Origin: a virus
IMG/VR virus record: IMGVR_UViG_3300005673_000094
Location: 1 to 64,000 of that record
Length of the DNA: 64,000 bases
Direction: 5' to 3' (one strand)
The notes beneath the pieces are model-generated. The model did not search any database, was not told the DNA's origin, and saw only the letters and a program-made list of their open reading frames with translations. Made by a program: the position numbers and the translations under genes. Shown piece after piece: positions 45,634 to 54,538 of the stretch (the stretch's first letter is position 1; the number at the start of each line of letters is the position of its first letter).

Positions 45634-46292
45634 TTAGTGCCTGCGCTTGGCTGCTCTCTCTCGCTCAGCCTGCAGGGCTACGAAGTCGGACTCTAGCGCG
45701 ATCAGGAGAGTGAGCGGGTACGTTCGCCGCGCCTGCTCATAGGCAACGGCGCCTTTGTAGCAGGCGCAGAGCCAGGAGATTCGGCGCTCCCACTCTTCTT
45801 CCGAGAGTTCTGGCGCAACAGCGCCTCGAAGAAAAAATTGGTGAAGGCGCTCATCACCTTGTCGATCGCCTCCATGCCGCCCGCCGACTCCAACTGGTCC
45901 CACACCTCGTCGGTAACGGGCGTCGGGTTGGCCGGGTCGTAGTCGCCGACGCTCGCCAGCACGTGCCGGTTGGACAGCGCCCGCTTCACGTACTGCACGA
46001 ACTTCGGGAACTCCTCGGTCCCGAGCCCCATGGCCATCAGTGCCATGACGTCCTGCTCGGCGTCCGGATCGGGCTTACCCGCCTCCTCCTCGTCAGCGGC
46101 CTGCTTCGTGCGGCTGGCGAACTCGCTCATCGCCATCGCGGTCTTGCTGACGTAGGCCTTCATCGCCGAATGGATGTCGAGGTGCGACACGCCGGGCGCG
46201 CGCACGACGATGCGATTGGTGGGCACGAACTGCCCACCCTTGGAGAACGAGAACTCAAAGTCGAACGTCACGACGGTTTCGCCGCGTGCCAT
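45634..46292 (-). CDS. Tail assembly chaperone G (45702-46292) and -1 frameshift product GT (to 45634)
   Basis: Slippery T TTT TTC at 45831-45837 joins the overlapping -1 ORF just upstream of the tape measure. Confidence 0.75.
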
Positions 46293-46345
46293 AAGGTATC
46301 CCCCTGGTTCACCTCAGGCGGGCGTGCAGGCGCCCGCCACTCACG

Positions 46346-46753
46346 TCACTGGAGCGAGTTGTCGCCGCCCTTGTACTCCATCTTGATAGAGCCGTCGGCC
46401 TTGAACTCAAGGCTCGGCTTGTTCTGCAGGAACATCGGGGCGAGCGCGAACTGCTGCGTCGCCTCGACGATCCGGATGGTAACGGATTCGCCGCGGTTCG
46501 CCTTGGCCCGCTGCTCGCGCACGAAGTCGCCCATCTCGGCGGTGTGCGCCACCTCGAAGGAGACCATGGACAGCATCTCCTCGGCGTTCACGCCGGCGAC
46601 GACGCTGACCGTGCCGCCACCCGCAGACACGGCGCGGATATTGGTCTCGCCGCCGACCTCGTAGGTGCACGAGTTCGGGATGATCTTGATGATGCGACCG
46701 TCCACCAGCACCTTCGGCGTGGATAGGACGCGATTGGAGTCGAGTGCCGGCAT
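46346..46753 (-). CDS. Tail tube protein
   Basis: 135 aa, directly after the sheath. Confidence 0.75.
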   Translation of the reverse strand: MPALDSNRVLSTPKVLVDGRIIKIIPNSCTYEVGGETNIRAVSAGGGTVSVVAGVNAEEMLSMVSFEVAHTAEMGDFVREQRAKANRGESVTIRIVEATQQFALAPMFLQNKPSLEFKADGSIKMEYKGGDNSLQ

Positions 46754-46810
46754 GGGCGCCCTCTTGTCGGATCAGGGGGAAGGGGGACGCGAGACGAGGA
46801 CGGCGTGGGC

Positions 46811-48382
46811 TTACACGGTGCCCGGCGAGAACGAGAACTTGACCGAGCCGATGATCTCGCCAAGCTGGGAGACCATGGGCACGTCGGCAGCGACCTCTAC
46901 CCGGCGAAGGTCGGGACGCATCGTCACGACGAGGTTGTCCTCGAAGTAGCGGCGTGCGTCACGGCCGGCCTGCGTCAGCACCTCGGCGGCGAGATCGTCG
47001 TATAGCTCGTAGAGGAAGGCGCGGACGCCCGCCTCGTCGACGATCGCGTAGCCCGGAACCGCAGTGCCCGCCGTCATGCGGTACTGCGAGAACTCGCGGC
47101 GCAGGTTGGTCACGAAATACTCGCGGATGGCACCGTGCGTGTCGCGCCACTCCAGCCACTTCCACGTGTCGTCGAGGTTGCCCGCAGCATCGTTGTTCCA
47201 AGTCGTCACGACCTGGCCCATGATGACGGCGTTGTTGGTGCGGTTATAGCCGATGACGGTGACGCCATCGCCCTCAAGCTCGACCTGCTCCTCGTAGGTG
47301 TAGCCGGAGCCGGTGAGCGGCTGGCGCACTTCGAGGATCGGCGTGTTGAAGTAGGGCAGCGAGTTCTTCGACATGCCGCCGAACTGGTCGCGCGGCTCGT
47401 TGGTGACGACGAGGTCCGAGATCGAGAACCCGTCCTCGAAACGCCGAGCACGCGCTGCGGCCGCCTTGGCCGCGATCGCGTCGGGGGCCTCGGGGATGTG
47501 CGGCCCCTTCCAGTACGACAGGTCGTTCTTCTCGTTGGTCATCACCACGACCTCGGACGAGTTGTACGAGATGGCCGAGGTCTTGACGTCGGCGTAGGCC
47601 TCCACAGAGTAGATGAAGGCGCGGCCGTCGAGGATGTTGTTGTCGAGGTTCTTGCGCGCGTCGATCCAGTTCACCAGCGTGGAGCGGGTGTATGCCTCGG
47701 GGTAGACGACGCCCTGGTAGCGAGTGTTCTCGACCTCGTCGAACAGGCCCGACAGCGACGGGTTGGTCGCGCCCCCGGTCCAGCCGGTGAGCGTGAAGGT
47801 GAGCCCCGGCACGTTGGCTGGACGGTCGTAGGTATCGAGCACCGACAGCAGCCACCCGTTGCACAGCGTGCCCTTGTTGGCAGCCGTGAAGGTGACGGTG
47901 GTGACCGGCGTGCCACTGGTGGCATAGGTGAAGGGCGCCTCGGTGTCCTCGTCGATCAGCGCGGCGAGCTTGGCCATGAACGTAGCCGGCGTCTCGCCGA
48001 TCACGACATCGACTTCGTAGCGATTGTGAGTCGCCGAGACCACCGACACGTAGACCGTCTTGGCCTTGGTCGCGGTGCCGGAGCCGACAATCACCGCAGT
48101 GCCAGCCGTGCCGCCGGCGTTGTCGGCCAGCGCGATCACGTCGAGGTTGGTCACCTTGTTGACGCGCCGGAACGCGCGGCACATCAGCGAGAGGTGCGAG
48201 CGGGCGCCGAACAGTTCGTTGATCTCGGCGTCGGTGCGCGGCACGTCGCGATTGAGCCCCGCCGCCGCAGTGCCGGAGAGCTTCTGACCGACGATCAGGA
48301 CGCGCTGGTCTTCGAGACCAAGGCGCTGATCGCGCGGCACGATGTTGAGGGTGACCCTCGGATTGGCGACAAAAGAGCCCAT
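46811..48382 (-). CDS. Tail sheath protein (Mu gpL-like)
   Basis: VLIVGQKL..ELFGARS.L..M; AANKG..N; GGATNP; VTT..D..G. Confidence 0.9.
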   Translation of the reverse strand: MGSFVANPRVTLNIVPRDQRLGLEDQRVLIVGQKLSGTAAAGLNRDVPRTDAEINELFGARSHLSLMCRAFRRVNKVTNLDVIALADNAGGTAGTAVIVGSGTATKAKTVYVSVVSATHNRYEVDVVIGETPATFMAKLAALIDEDTEAPFTYATSGTPVTTVTFTAANKGTLCNGWLLSVLDTYDRPANVPGLTFTLTGWTGGATNPSLSGLFDEVENTRYQGVVYPEAYTRSTLVNWIDARKNLDNNILDGRAFIYSVEAYADVKTSAISYNSSEVVVMTNEKNDLSYWKGPHIPEAPDAIAAKAAAARARRFEDGFSISDLVVTNEPRDQFGGMSKNSLPYFNTPILEVRQPLTGSGYTYEEQVELEGDGVTVIGYNRTNNAVIMGQVVTTWNNDAAGNLDDTWKWLEWRDTHGAIREYFVTNLRREFSQYRMTAGTAVPGYAIVDEAGVRAFLYELYDDLAAEVLTQAGRDARRYFEDNLVVTMRPDLRRVEVAADVPMVSQLGEIIGSVKFSFSPGTV

Positions 48383-48388
48383 CGCTCA

Positions 48389-48601
48389 TCAGTCCTTCTT
48401 GGTCTTCGCCGAGCGCGGGACGGTATCGGCAGGGGTTGCGGGGGAGGCAACGCGTTCGGCGCTTCCGTCGGCGAGACGCTTGCGCCAGTAGAGATCGATC
48501 GGGGCGCCGTCGCCGTCGGCGTCGACCTGAAAGGTCTGGCCGGGCTTGGTGCCCTTGAGGGTGGTCTGGCTGACGTTCTTCAGGGTGATCTTGGCCATCA
48601 C
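48389..48601 (-). CDS. Small sheath-associated protein (DUF2635-like)
   Basis: YWRKRLADG. Confidence 0.7.
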   Translation of the reverse strand: MMAKITLKNVSQTTLKGTKPGQTFQVDADGDGAPIDLYWRKRLADGSAERVASPATPADTVPRSAKTKKD

Positions 48602-49794
48602 GGAATCTCAAAGCTGGCGGTGAGCGGGGACGGGTGACCCTTGTGGAGTATCCCGGTGAAGTCCAAGCCGTCGATGACGGGGGCGCCGGTCGGCGGGATC
48701 GTCGTCGGCACCGTGCCGTTTGCCAGCGCGGCGTCGTTGAGGCTCGGCCAGTCGAACGGTGCAATCGCGTCGGCTTGGGTCAACTCGATGGTGGACTGGA
48801 AGCGGTACGCGTGGACGTAGATTGCCCGATTCGCCACCAGAATGGGCTCGTGCTGATCGAGCAGCGCGACATACGCCGACTCGCCGCACGCCAACTCGCT
48901 CGTCGGCAGTTTGAGTCCGCGGTAGGTGCGCAGGATGGCGCGGAAGATCTCGCCCACCGCCAAGTCGTAGCAGGCGACGTGCGCGGCGGTCGTCTTGCCG
49001 GGCAGGAACGCCAGCGCCACGAATCCATCCATCAGAAGTTGGCGGTAGTCTGACCCGACACCGATCTCGCCCAGAGCATCCGAGTTGGCGAAGTTGGAGC
49101 GCGACGCGCGCGCGCCGGAGGGCTGCGGCGTGATGAACAGATGCGCCTTGGTCAGGCTCGCGTCGTCCCGTGTGAACTGCGACAGGGACGCGTCGAGATC
49201 GACCGCGCCGAAGATGCGGATGTTGCGGACCACCACCGGGTTGGTGACGGCGTAGGAGCGCTCGACCGTTGACGGCGTCGGGAACGTGAGCGTGGTCGAG
49301 GATGCCGCAGTGACGGCGTGCCACCCGATGATGGCGTCCTCCATCCGCTCCAGCAGCTTCTCGTTGCCGGTGAGCACGATGGGCCCGACCACGGCCGCGC
49401 CGGGCGTGAAGCGGACCTTGGTCGGCGACGGCGTCGACACGATCTGGCGCACGCCGTTGAGGTGCGCGTTGGTGAACCCGGTCAGCTTGACCGTCGGGTA
49501 GAGCGGCGTCGACCAGTCCGGTCCGACAAGCTGGTTGTGCGGGTACTGAGTCGTGATCTCGATCGTCTGCGAGTCGATGACGGTGGCCGCAGTGATCGGG
49601 TTCGGCGCCTCGGCGTCGGTGATCGAGATGGCGATCTGCTGCCCGACCGGGACACCGTGCGCGGCCGAGGTGGTGATGGTCACCAGACCGCCCGCCGTGA
49701 CGACGATCAAAGACACCGCGAACGGGTCGGAGAAGCGCGAGGTGTATCGCGGCAGGATGACGCCGCCGGCCAGGACCAGAGGTGTGAGTTTCAT
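48598..49794 (-). CDS. Tail terminator/neck protein with FCCH-like beta inserts
   Basis: TITT..AHG..G..I repeats; YVHAYRFQ; position. Confidence 0.6.
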   Translation of the reverse strand: MKLTPLVLAGGVILPRYTSRFSDPFAVSLIVVTAGGLVTITTSAAHGVPVGQQIAISITDAEAPNPITAATVIDSQTIEITTQYPHNQLVGPDWSTPLYPTVKLTGFTNAHLNGVRQIVSTPSPTKVRFTPGAAVVGPIVLTGNEKLLERMEDAIIGWHAVTAASSTTLTFPTPSTVERSYAVTNPVVVRNIRIFGAVDLDASLSQFTRDDASLTKAHLFITPQPSGARASRSNFANSDALGEIGVGSDYRQLLMDGFVALAFLPGKTTAAHVACYDLAVGEIFRAILRTYRGLKLPTSELACGESAYVALLDQHEPILVANRAIYVHAYRFQSTIELTQADAIAPFDWPSLNDAALANGTVPTTIPPTGAPVIDGLDFTGILHKGHPSPLTASFEIP

Positions 49795-49795
49795 G

Positions 49796-50242
49796 TCATC
49801 CGCCTCCGATCATGGCGCGCCAGGTGGCATCGCCGAGGATGCGGGTGATCTCGTCGCGGGTCTTCTCGACGGTGAGCACGAGATAGGGCCGCGGGGCCAT
49901 CTTGGTCGTGCCCTCGTGGACTGCGATCGAGTAGTCGAACGCGTTGTTGAAGGCACCCGAGGAGCCGAACTCCAGCGAGCGCCAGCCGTGGACGCGGTAG
50001 TTGATCGAGCCGTAGAGTAGGGCGGTCTGGATCGCCGGATAGCCACCCGGGGCGGAGGCCTGTCGGCGCTGGCCGGGGTAGATGCGACCGCCGCCCGCGC
50101 TCTGCATCCCCGCTTGGCACTCGCGCACGAGGATCTGGCCGGCCATGTGCGCGCCGTCGCGCAGCCCGAGGCGGAAGTTCTTCGCCATGGAAAACAGGGC
50201 GGCAAGCGCCCGGACGTCCCCTGTCACGGTGAGCCCGGCCAT
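49796..50242 (-). CDS. HK97 gp10-like neck protein
   Basis: ASAPG.YPA..T..L..SI; EGT.KMAPRPYL. Confidence 0.8.
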   Translation of the reverse strand: MAGLTVTGDVRALAALFSMAKNFRLGLRDGAHMAGQILVRECQAGMQSAGGGRIYPGQRRQASAPGGYPAIQTALLYGSINYRVHGWRSLEFGSSGAFNNAFDYSIAVHEGTTKMAPRPYLVLTVEKTRDEITRILGDATWRAMIGGG

Positions 50243-50375
50243 CAGCGCCTCCCCAAACGCAAGCGCCCGCGCTCGGATGAGGCGGCGGGCGTGGAAAGGC
50301 ACTGTAGCGACGTGGATACGCGCGCCGCGATGCCATGGCAAGCCCTGAATTGACCATGTGGCAGAGTGTCGCAGT

Positions 50376-50738
50376 TCATGTCGCCGCCTCCGCGTCCTCG
50401 TGGCCGGTGAAGGCGCACATGAGCCGCATTTCGCGGTTGCCGAGCCCGACGTTGTCGATCCTGAGGATCTGCCACAGGTTGCCTCGGGCATCCCGGACGC
50501 GGTCCCGGATGTCGAAGGTGAGCGTGGTGTAGCGGATCGTGAAGGTGTCGGTGACCTTCTTGCCGTCGATGTCGACCTGATTCCACTCCGAGGTGCCGGT
50601 GGACTTGACCATGGCTCGGGTGAGGAACACGCGCGTGTAGGCATGGCGCGGCACGGCAGACCCCGGCGCCGGCGGCACGAGCTCGCGCCGCACGACTTCG
50701 ATGGACACCCGCTTGTCGGAGATCAGCGCCTTGGTCAT
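50376..50738 (-). CDS. Head closure/head-tail adaptor (SPP1 gp16-like)
   Basis: TD.FTIRY..DRV..W.I..I. Confidence 0.7.
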   Translation of the reverse strand: MTKALISDKRVSIEVVRRELVPPAPGSAVPRHAYTRVFLTRAMVKSTGTSEWNQVDIDGKKVTDTFTIRYTTLTFDIRDRVRDARGNLWQILRIDNVGLGNREMRLMCAFTGHEDAEAAT

Positions 50739-51430
50739 CCGACGGTCACCCACCGATAGACGTGGTCGCCGAGGATGTTGCGGGCCTCGGCCGGGATGAT
50801 CGAACTGCCCCGGCTCTGCTTCATCGCGTAGACGGTGACGTTGGCGCCGGGGCTCGCCTGGGTGTCGCCGCGCGCCATGTCGAGGGCGGCGGTGGTCATC
50901 AGGAGGGCGTGGCGGATCTCCTCGGGCAGCGGCGGGAAGCCGGCGCTCTCGTCGCCCTCGGTGACAGCGAACCCGGCGCGCGCCGTGATCCGAACCGCGT
51001 CGTGGCGGCGGGCCGTCTCGGGTAGCGTGGCGCCCTCGCCGATGAACAGCATGCCGCAATCCTGGGCGATCGGCAGGGCGTGCCACAGCGACGAGTCGAG
51101 CGTCTTGATCTCGCCCGTGCCGTCCTCGACGTACTGGACCTGCGTCACGTCGAGGAACGGGCGCAGCACGAGTCGGGTGTGATCGTAGAAGGCCGGGAGC
51201 GTGCCGACCCACGTCGAGGCGGTGGCGATGAGGCGGCAGTGGCGCTCGATCTCGGCCTGAGCGATCGCGATGAACGACTGCTTCTCGGCGTCGAAGAACG
51301 TGTCCTCCAGGGGGATATTGAGGAACGTCTTCAACTCGTCGACGTCGATGGCCAGAGTCGAGCCGCCCGCCGTGTGCTTCCAGCGGATGGTCGGCGCGGG
51401 AGGTGTGGCGAGCGGCGGGCCGGAGAACAT
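50735..51430 (-). CDS. Head-tail connector (gp6/gp15-like)
   Basis: VDELKTFL..IA.A..IERHCR; AV.IT..AGF; LP..IRHA.L. Confidence 0.8.
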   Translation of the reverse strand: MFSGPPLATPPAPTIRWKHTAGGSTLAIDVDELKTFLNIPLEDTFFDAEKQSFIAIAQAEIERHCRLIATASTWVGTLPAFYDHTRLVLRPFLDVTQVQYVEDGTGEIKTLDSSLWHALPIAQDCGMLFIGEGATLPETARRHDAVRITARAGFAVTEGDESAGFPPLPEEIRHALLMTTAALDMARGDTQASPGANVTVYAMKQSRGSSIIPAEARNILGDHVYRWVTVG

Positions 51431-51433
51431 GCG

Positions 51434-52558
51434 TCACACCTTGCTGGTCTTGCCGTCGCGGGGCGTGCCGCCGTAGGGCAGCACCTGCGCCCCGCGAGAG
51501 ATCGCGGCGTTGATTCGCGCTTGGTCGCTCCATCCCGACGAGCCGAGTCCTGACACGGGCGCCGAAGCGCTCGCCGTCTGCATCGCGGCGTAGTTGCTGT
51601 CGGCCGAGGCGAACCGCTGAGCGGACGCCGCGTCGAGGCGGCCGTTGACGCCGCCGGTGCGCTGCTGCCGGCCGGGCGCGGGCGGCTTGTACTCGGGCCT
51701 GATGTTGCCGTCGGGCCCGAACTGCTCCGGAAAGGTGCGGTTCATCTCGCCCGGCTTCTGGAGTCGCTGGGCGTTGTCCTTGAGCCACTTCTCACCGCCC
51801 CAGCCGACAGGGCGGTTGGCGCCCTTCGGCCCCTTGTAGGGGGTCAGTTGAGACGGCGGCGGGGAGCTCGGGTTGACGGTGCCATCCTTGCGGAAGCGGT
51901 TGTCGGACTCGCGGTATGCGGCGAGCGGGTGCTTGCCTTGGGCGCGGAGCAGCATGTCGTCCCTGCCGCGGGCTTGGCCTTTCAATCTGTCGCCGCGATC
52001 TGCGTGGACTCCGGCACTAAGCGCGAGTGACGTTCCTGCACCAACGCCCGCTGTAGCCAGCGCGAGGTTGCCCATCGCCGCGTTGAGGCCCGCGCCAGCA
52101 AACGACATGCCCGCACCGATCGTTAGGATTCCGGCGCTGCGGTGCTCTTTGCGGCCCTTTTCATAGGTCCGCTGCGCGATCGCTGTCGTCGGTTTTGCCT
52201 TCTTCGCCATGGATGCCCCCGCTGTCATGAACTGCACCGGCGCCTCGGCGCGCGGCTTGGGTGATTTGCCCTGCTGCTTCTCTCGGTACGCGTCGGACTT
52301 CTTCTTCGCGTCGTAGATCGCCGAGCCGACCGCGTAGGCCGCCGCTCCGACCGCAGCGATTGGCAGGGCCCGCGTTGCGAGCGGCACCGCCTTCGAGATC
52401 AGCTTGGCGCGGAATGCCGGATCGCGAACCGCTTGCCGAGCGATCTCGGTCACAACATGCGTGCCGAGCGCCGCACCGCCGACGCCGACCAGCGCTTGGT
52501 TGAGACGACTGTCCCACCAGCGAGGCTCGCGCTTCGGCTCTTGCTTGCGGTCGGCCAC
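51434..52558 (-). CDS. Putative internal/ejected virion protein with shared C-terminal motif
   Basis: Basic, G/A-rich; ends AQRFASADSNY..SGWSDQARINAAISRGAQVLPYGGTP. Confidence 0.7.
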   Translation of the reverse strand: MADRKQEPKREPRWWDSRLNQALVGVGGAALGTHVVTEIARQAVRDPAFRAKLISKAVPLATRALPIAAVGAAAYAVGSAIYDAKKKSDAYREKQQGKSPKPRAEAPVQFMTAGASMAKKAKPTTAIAQRTYEKGRKEHRSAGILTIGAGMSFAGAGLNAAMGNLALATAGVGAGTSLALSAGVHADRGDRLKGQARGRDDMLLRAQGKHPLAAYRESDNRFRKDGTVNPSSPPPSQLTPYKGPKGANRPVGWGGEKWLKDNAQRLQKPGEMNRTFPEQFGPDGNIRPEYKPPAPGRQQRTGGVNGRLDAASAQRFASADSNYAAMQTASASAPVSGLGSSGWSDQARINAAISRGAQVLPYGGTPRDGKTSKV

Positions 52559-52565
52559 GGCGCCC

Positions 52566-52772
52566 TCACTTCCGCCGCGAGGGCGGCACCGGCTGCGGCG
52601 TGTTCGTAGACTGCTGCAGGTCGGCGAGGTGGCGGATGTTGACGATGCCCGGACCGACCTCGTTTGACGGCTGCGCCATCATCCGGTCGTGGATCGGGTT
52701 GGACGGGGCAGGCTTCTTGGCCATGGCGGATCCTTTCGGGGGGCTGGTGCTGATGTCGCTGCGGTAGGTCAT
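52566..52772 (-). CDS. Small hypothetical protein
   Basis: ATGA coupled. Confidence 0.45.
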   Translation of the reverse strand: MTYRSDISTSPPKGSAMAKKPAPSNPIHDRMMAQPSNEVGPGIVNIRHLADLQQSTNTPQPVPPSRRK

Positions 52773-54535
52773 GATTTCTTGTCCTTCGGTGCGGCTGGCG
52801 GCTTGTAGTTCTCGGCTTGGCTGGGGTCGCCGCCGTAGGGCGCATTCTGTCCGCCCGGGTTGCGGGCGTAATAGCTGGCGATCACCGCCTCCGGACCGAA
52901 CCCGGGCTCGCGGCCGGACGACTCCGGCGGCGCGGCCGCTTCTCGCTGCTGCCCGCCGCTTTCCTCCTGCGACGCGCGGTAGGACCGTTCAGCCGCGTTG
53001 AACCGCTTCGCCGTGTCGGCGGTGAGCTTGGGCGGCGCGGAGCCCGCCACTGAGGCCGCCGACGATGGCGCCTTGGCCTGCCCGCCGGCGGCCGTGTAGT
53101 TGTTGATGGCGAGCGTGGTGGCGTCCCCGCCGCCAGACCCGGCCCACTTGGTCCAGGCGGTCGAGGCGAGCCCGCCCGTAAACGTGTCGGCCGCTCCGAG
53201 TGCCGCTCCTCCTGCGATGCCGCCCCACGACGCGCCACGCTGCGACGCCTTGTAGGCGCCAGCGCCAGCGCCAACGAGAGCCGCGAGGGCGGTGAGCGGC
53301 AGCGCAGCCTTCGAGACGATCGCGGCGAGCTTCGGCGCCGCCCGGCCGATGAGAGTCGGCGCGGCGAGCGCGACGGTTGCCGGCGCGGCCCCCTTCGCAG
53401 CGGCTCCGGCGGCTTCAAGGTTCCCGGCGCCCTGCGCCTTTGCGGCGTTCCAGCCCATCACGCCATGCGTCACTGCGGAGGTCGCAAACATTGCCGGCGT
53501 GGCGACCGCGAGCCCATACATCGCCTTGTTGCCGAAGCCCTGCAATTGCTTGAGGCCGGTCATCGTGTCTTTGGTCGCGATGGCGGCTTTCGCAGCGGTC
53601 TTGCGGACGGCGCGGCTCTTGGTCCCGGTGGCGACCTGGCGGGCGTCGGTGACACCGCCGCTCGCCTCGGCGAAGTCCTTGAGTGTCGCTTGGCTGTGAG
53701 CCTTGGAGACCGGCAGGACGCCGATACGCTGCACCTGAGATTTGGCGTCCAGAGAAACGGCGATCGTTTCTCCATAGGGCAGTCGTCTGATGACGCCATC
53801 GTGCCCTTTGGCGCGCGCCTGTTTCACGATTTTATCGAAGCCGAGAGACGTGCCTTTCCACGACCTCGGGTTACCCTTCTGGACGTAGTCCTCGACCAGC
53901 GGATTGTTAAAGGTGACCTTCGCCGCTTCGACGACGCCTCTGGGGCCAGCGTAGGGCTGGGCCCGCGTGATGTCCGTCGTGTAGAAGCGGCCGCCAGGAA
54001 TGAACTCTTTCCCTTTGGGCGCGGGCCCAGCCGACTTTGCCCCTCGATAGCCGACAATCGTGACCGGCTTGACCTTCTCGCCGCCAGACGGGGCCGCAGA
54101 GGCGGTCGCTGTCGAGCGTGCCGCCTTCCCCTTCGCAGTCACTTCCTTGCGCTGGTCACGCGCCATCTGTGACATGGCGACGTTCTTGACGTCGGTCGCG
54201 ACGACAGCCGAGGCATCACCCGTCGACCGCGGCGGGGCTTGGCGCGTCTGAGCCCGGCGCGCGGCACGGCCGGCATGCCTCACCTCGACGCGCTGATCCT
54301 TTGCCAGTTGTCCGACGGCGACGTTCTTGATGTCGATGTGGGCGGTCGTTCCCGCAGCGGCCTGGACGACCTGCTCGACTGGCGATGGACCGGGCCGCGC
54401 CGTTCGCTGCTGAGCCTTGGCGCTCATGCTCCGGACCTGCTTGGCGACAGTCGGACGCGCGCCCTCTTTCGGCGCCGGCGAGTGCGCCGCTGTCCGTGGT
54501 GAGGTCTTGCGTGGTGTCCCGGTCGCCCGTCCCAT
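52769..54535 (-). CDS. Putative internal virion protein with ART-PolyVal-like ADP-ribosyltransferase domain and shared C-terminal motif
   Basis: YRG..G.FYT..A..YA..V..NPL..GHDGVI..E; ends GFGPEAVIA..NAPYGGDPSQAENYKPP. Confidence 0.7.
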   Translation of the reverse strand: MGRATGTPRKTSPRTAAHSPAPKEGARPTVAKQVRSMSAKAQQRTARPGPSPVEQVVQAAAGTTAHIDIKNVAVGQLAKDQRVEVRHAGRAARRAQTRQAPPRSTGDASAVVATDVKNVAMSQMARDQRKEVTAKGKAARSTATASAAPSGGEKVKPVTIVGYRGAKSAGPAPKGKEFIPGGRFYTTDITRAQPYAGPRGVVEAAKVTFNNPLVEDYVQKGNPRSWKGTSLGFDKIVKQARAKGHDGVIRRLPYGETIAVSLDAKSQVQRIGVLPVSKAHSQATLKDFAEASGGVTDARQVATGTKSRAVRKTAAKAAIATKDTMTGLKQLQGFGNKAMYGLAVATPAMFATSAVTHGVMGWNAAKAQGAGNLEAAGAAAKGAAPATVALAAPTLIGRAAPKLAAIVSKAALPLTALAALVGAGAGAYKASQRGASWGGIAGGAALGAADTFTGGLASTAWTKWAGSGGGDATTLAINNYTAAGGQAKAPSSAASVAGSAPPKLTADTAKRFNAAERSYRASQEESGGQQREAAAPPESSGREPGFGPEAVIASYYARNPGGQNAPYGGDPSQAENYKPPAAPKDKKS

Positions 54536-54538
54536 GGC

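Noticed and set aside
40493-48382. T6SS/eCIS/tailocin
   Set aside because: PAAR, sheath and baseplate are linked to capsid, protease and neck genes, so this is a myophage tail.
44362-48764. Long overlapping alternative-frame ORFs (e.g. 44362-45696, 47135-48637, 47274-48764)
   Set aside because: High-GC shadow ORFs with no recognisable motifs, unlike the antisense nuclease at 61249.
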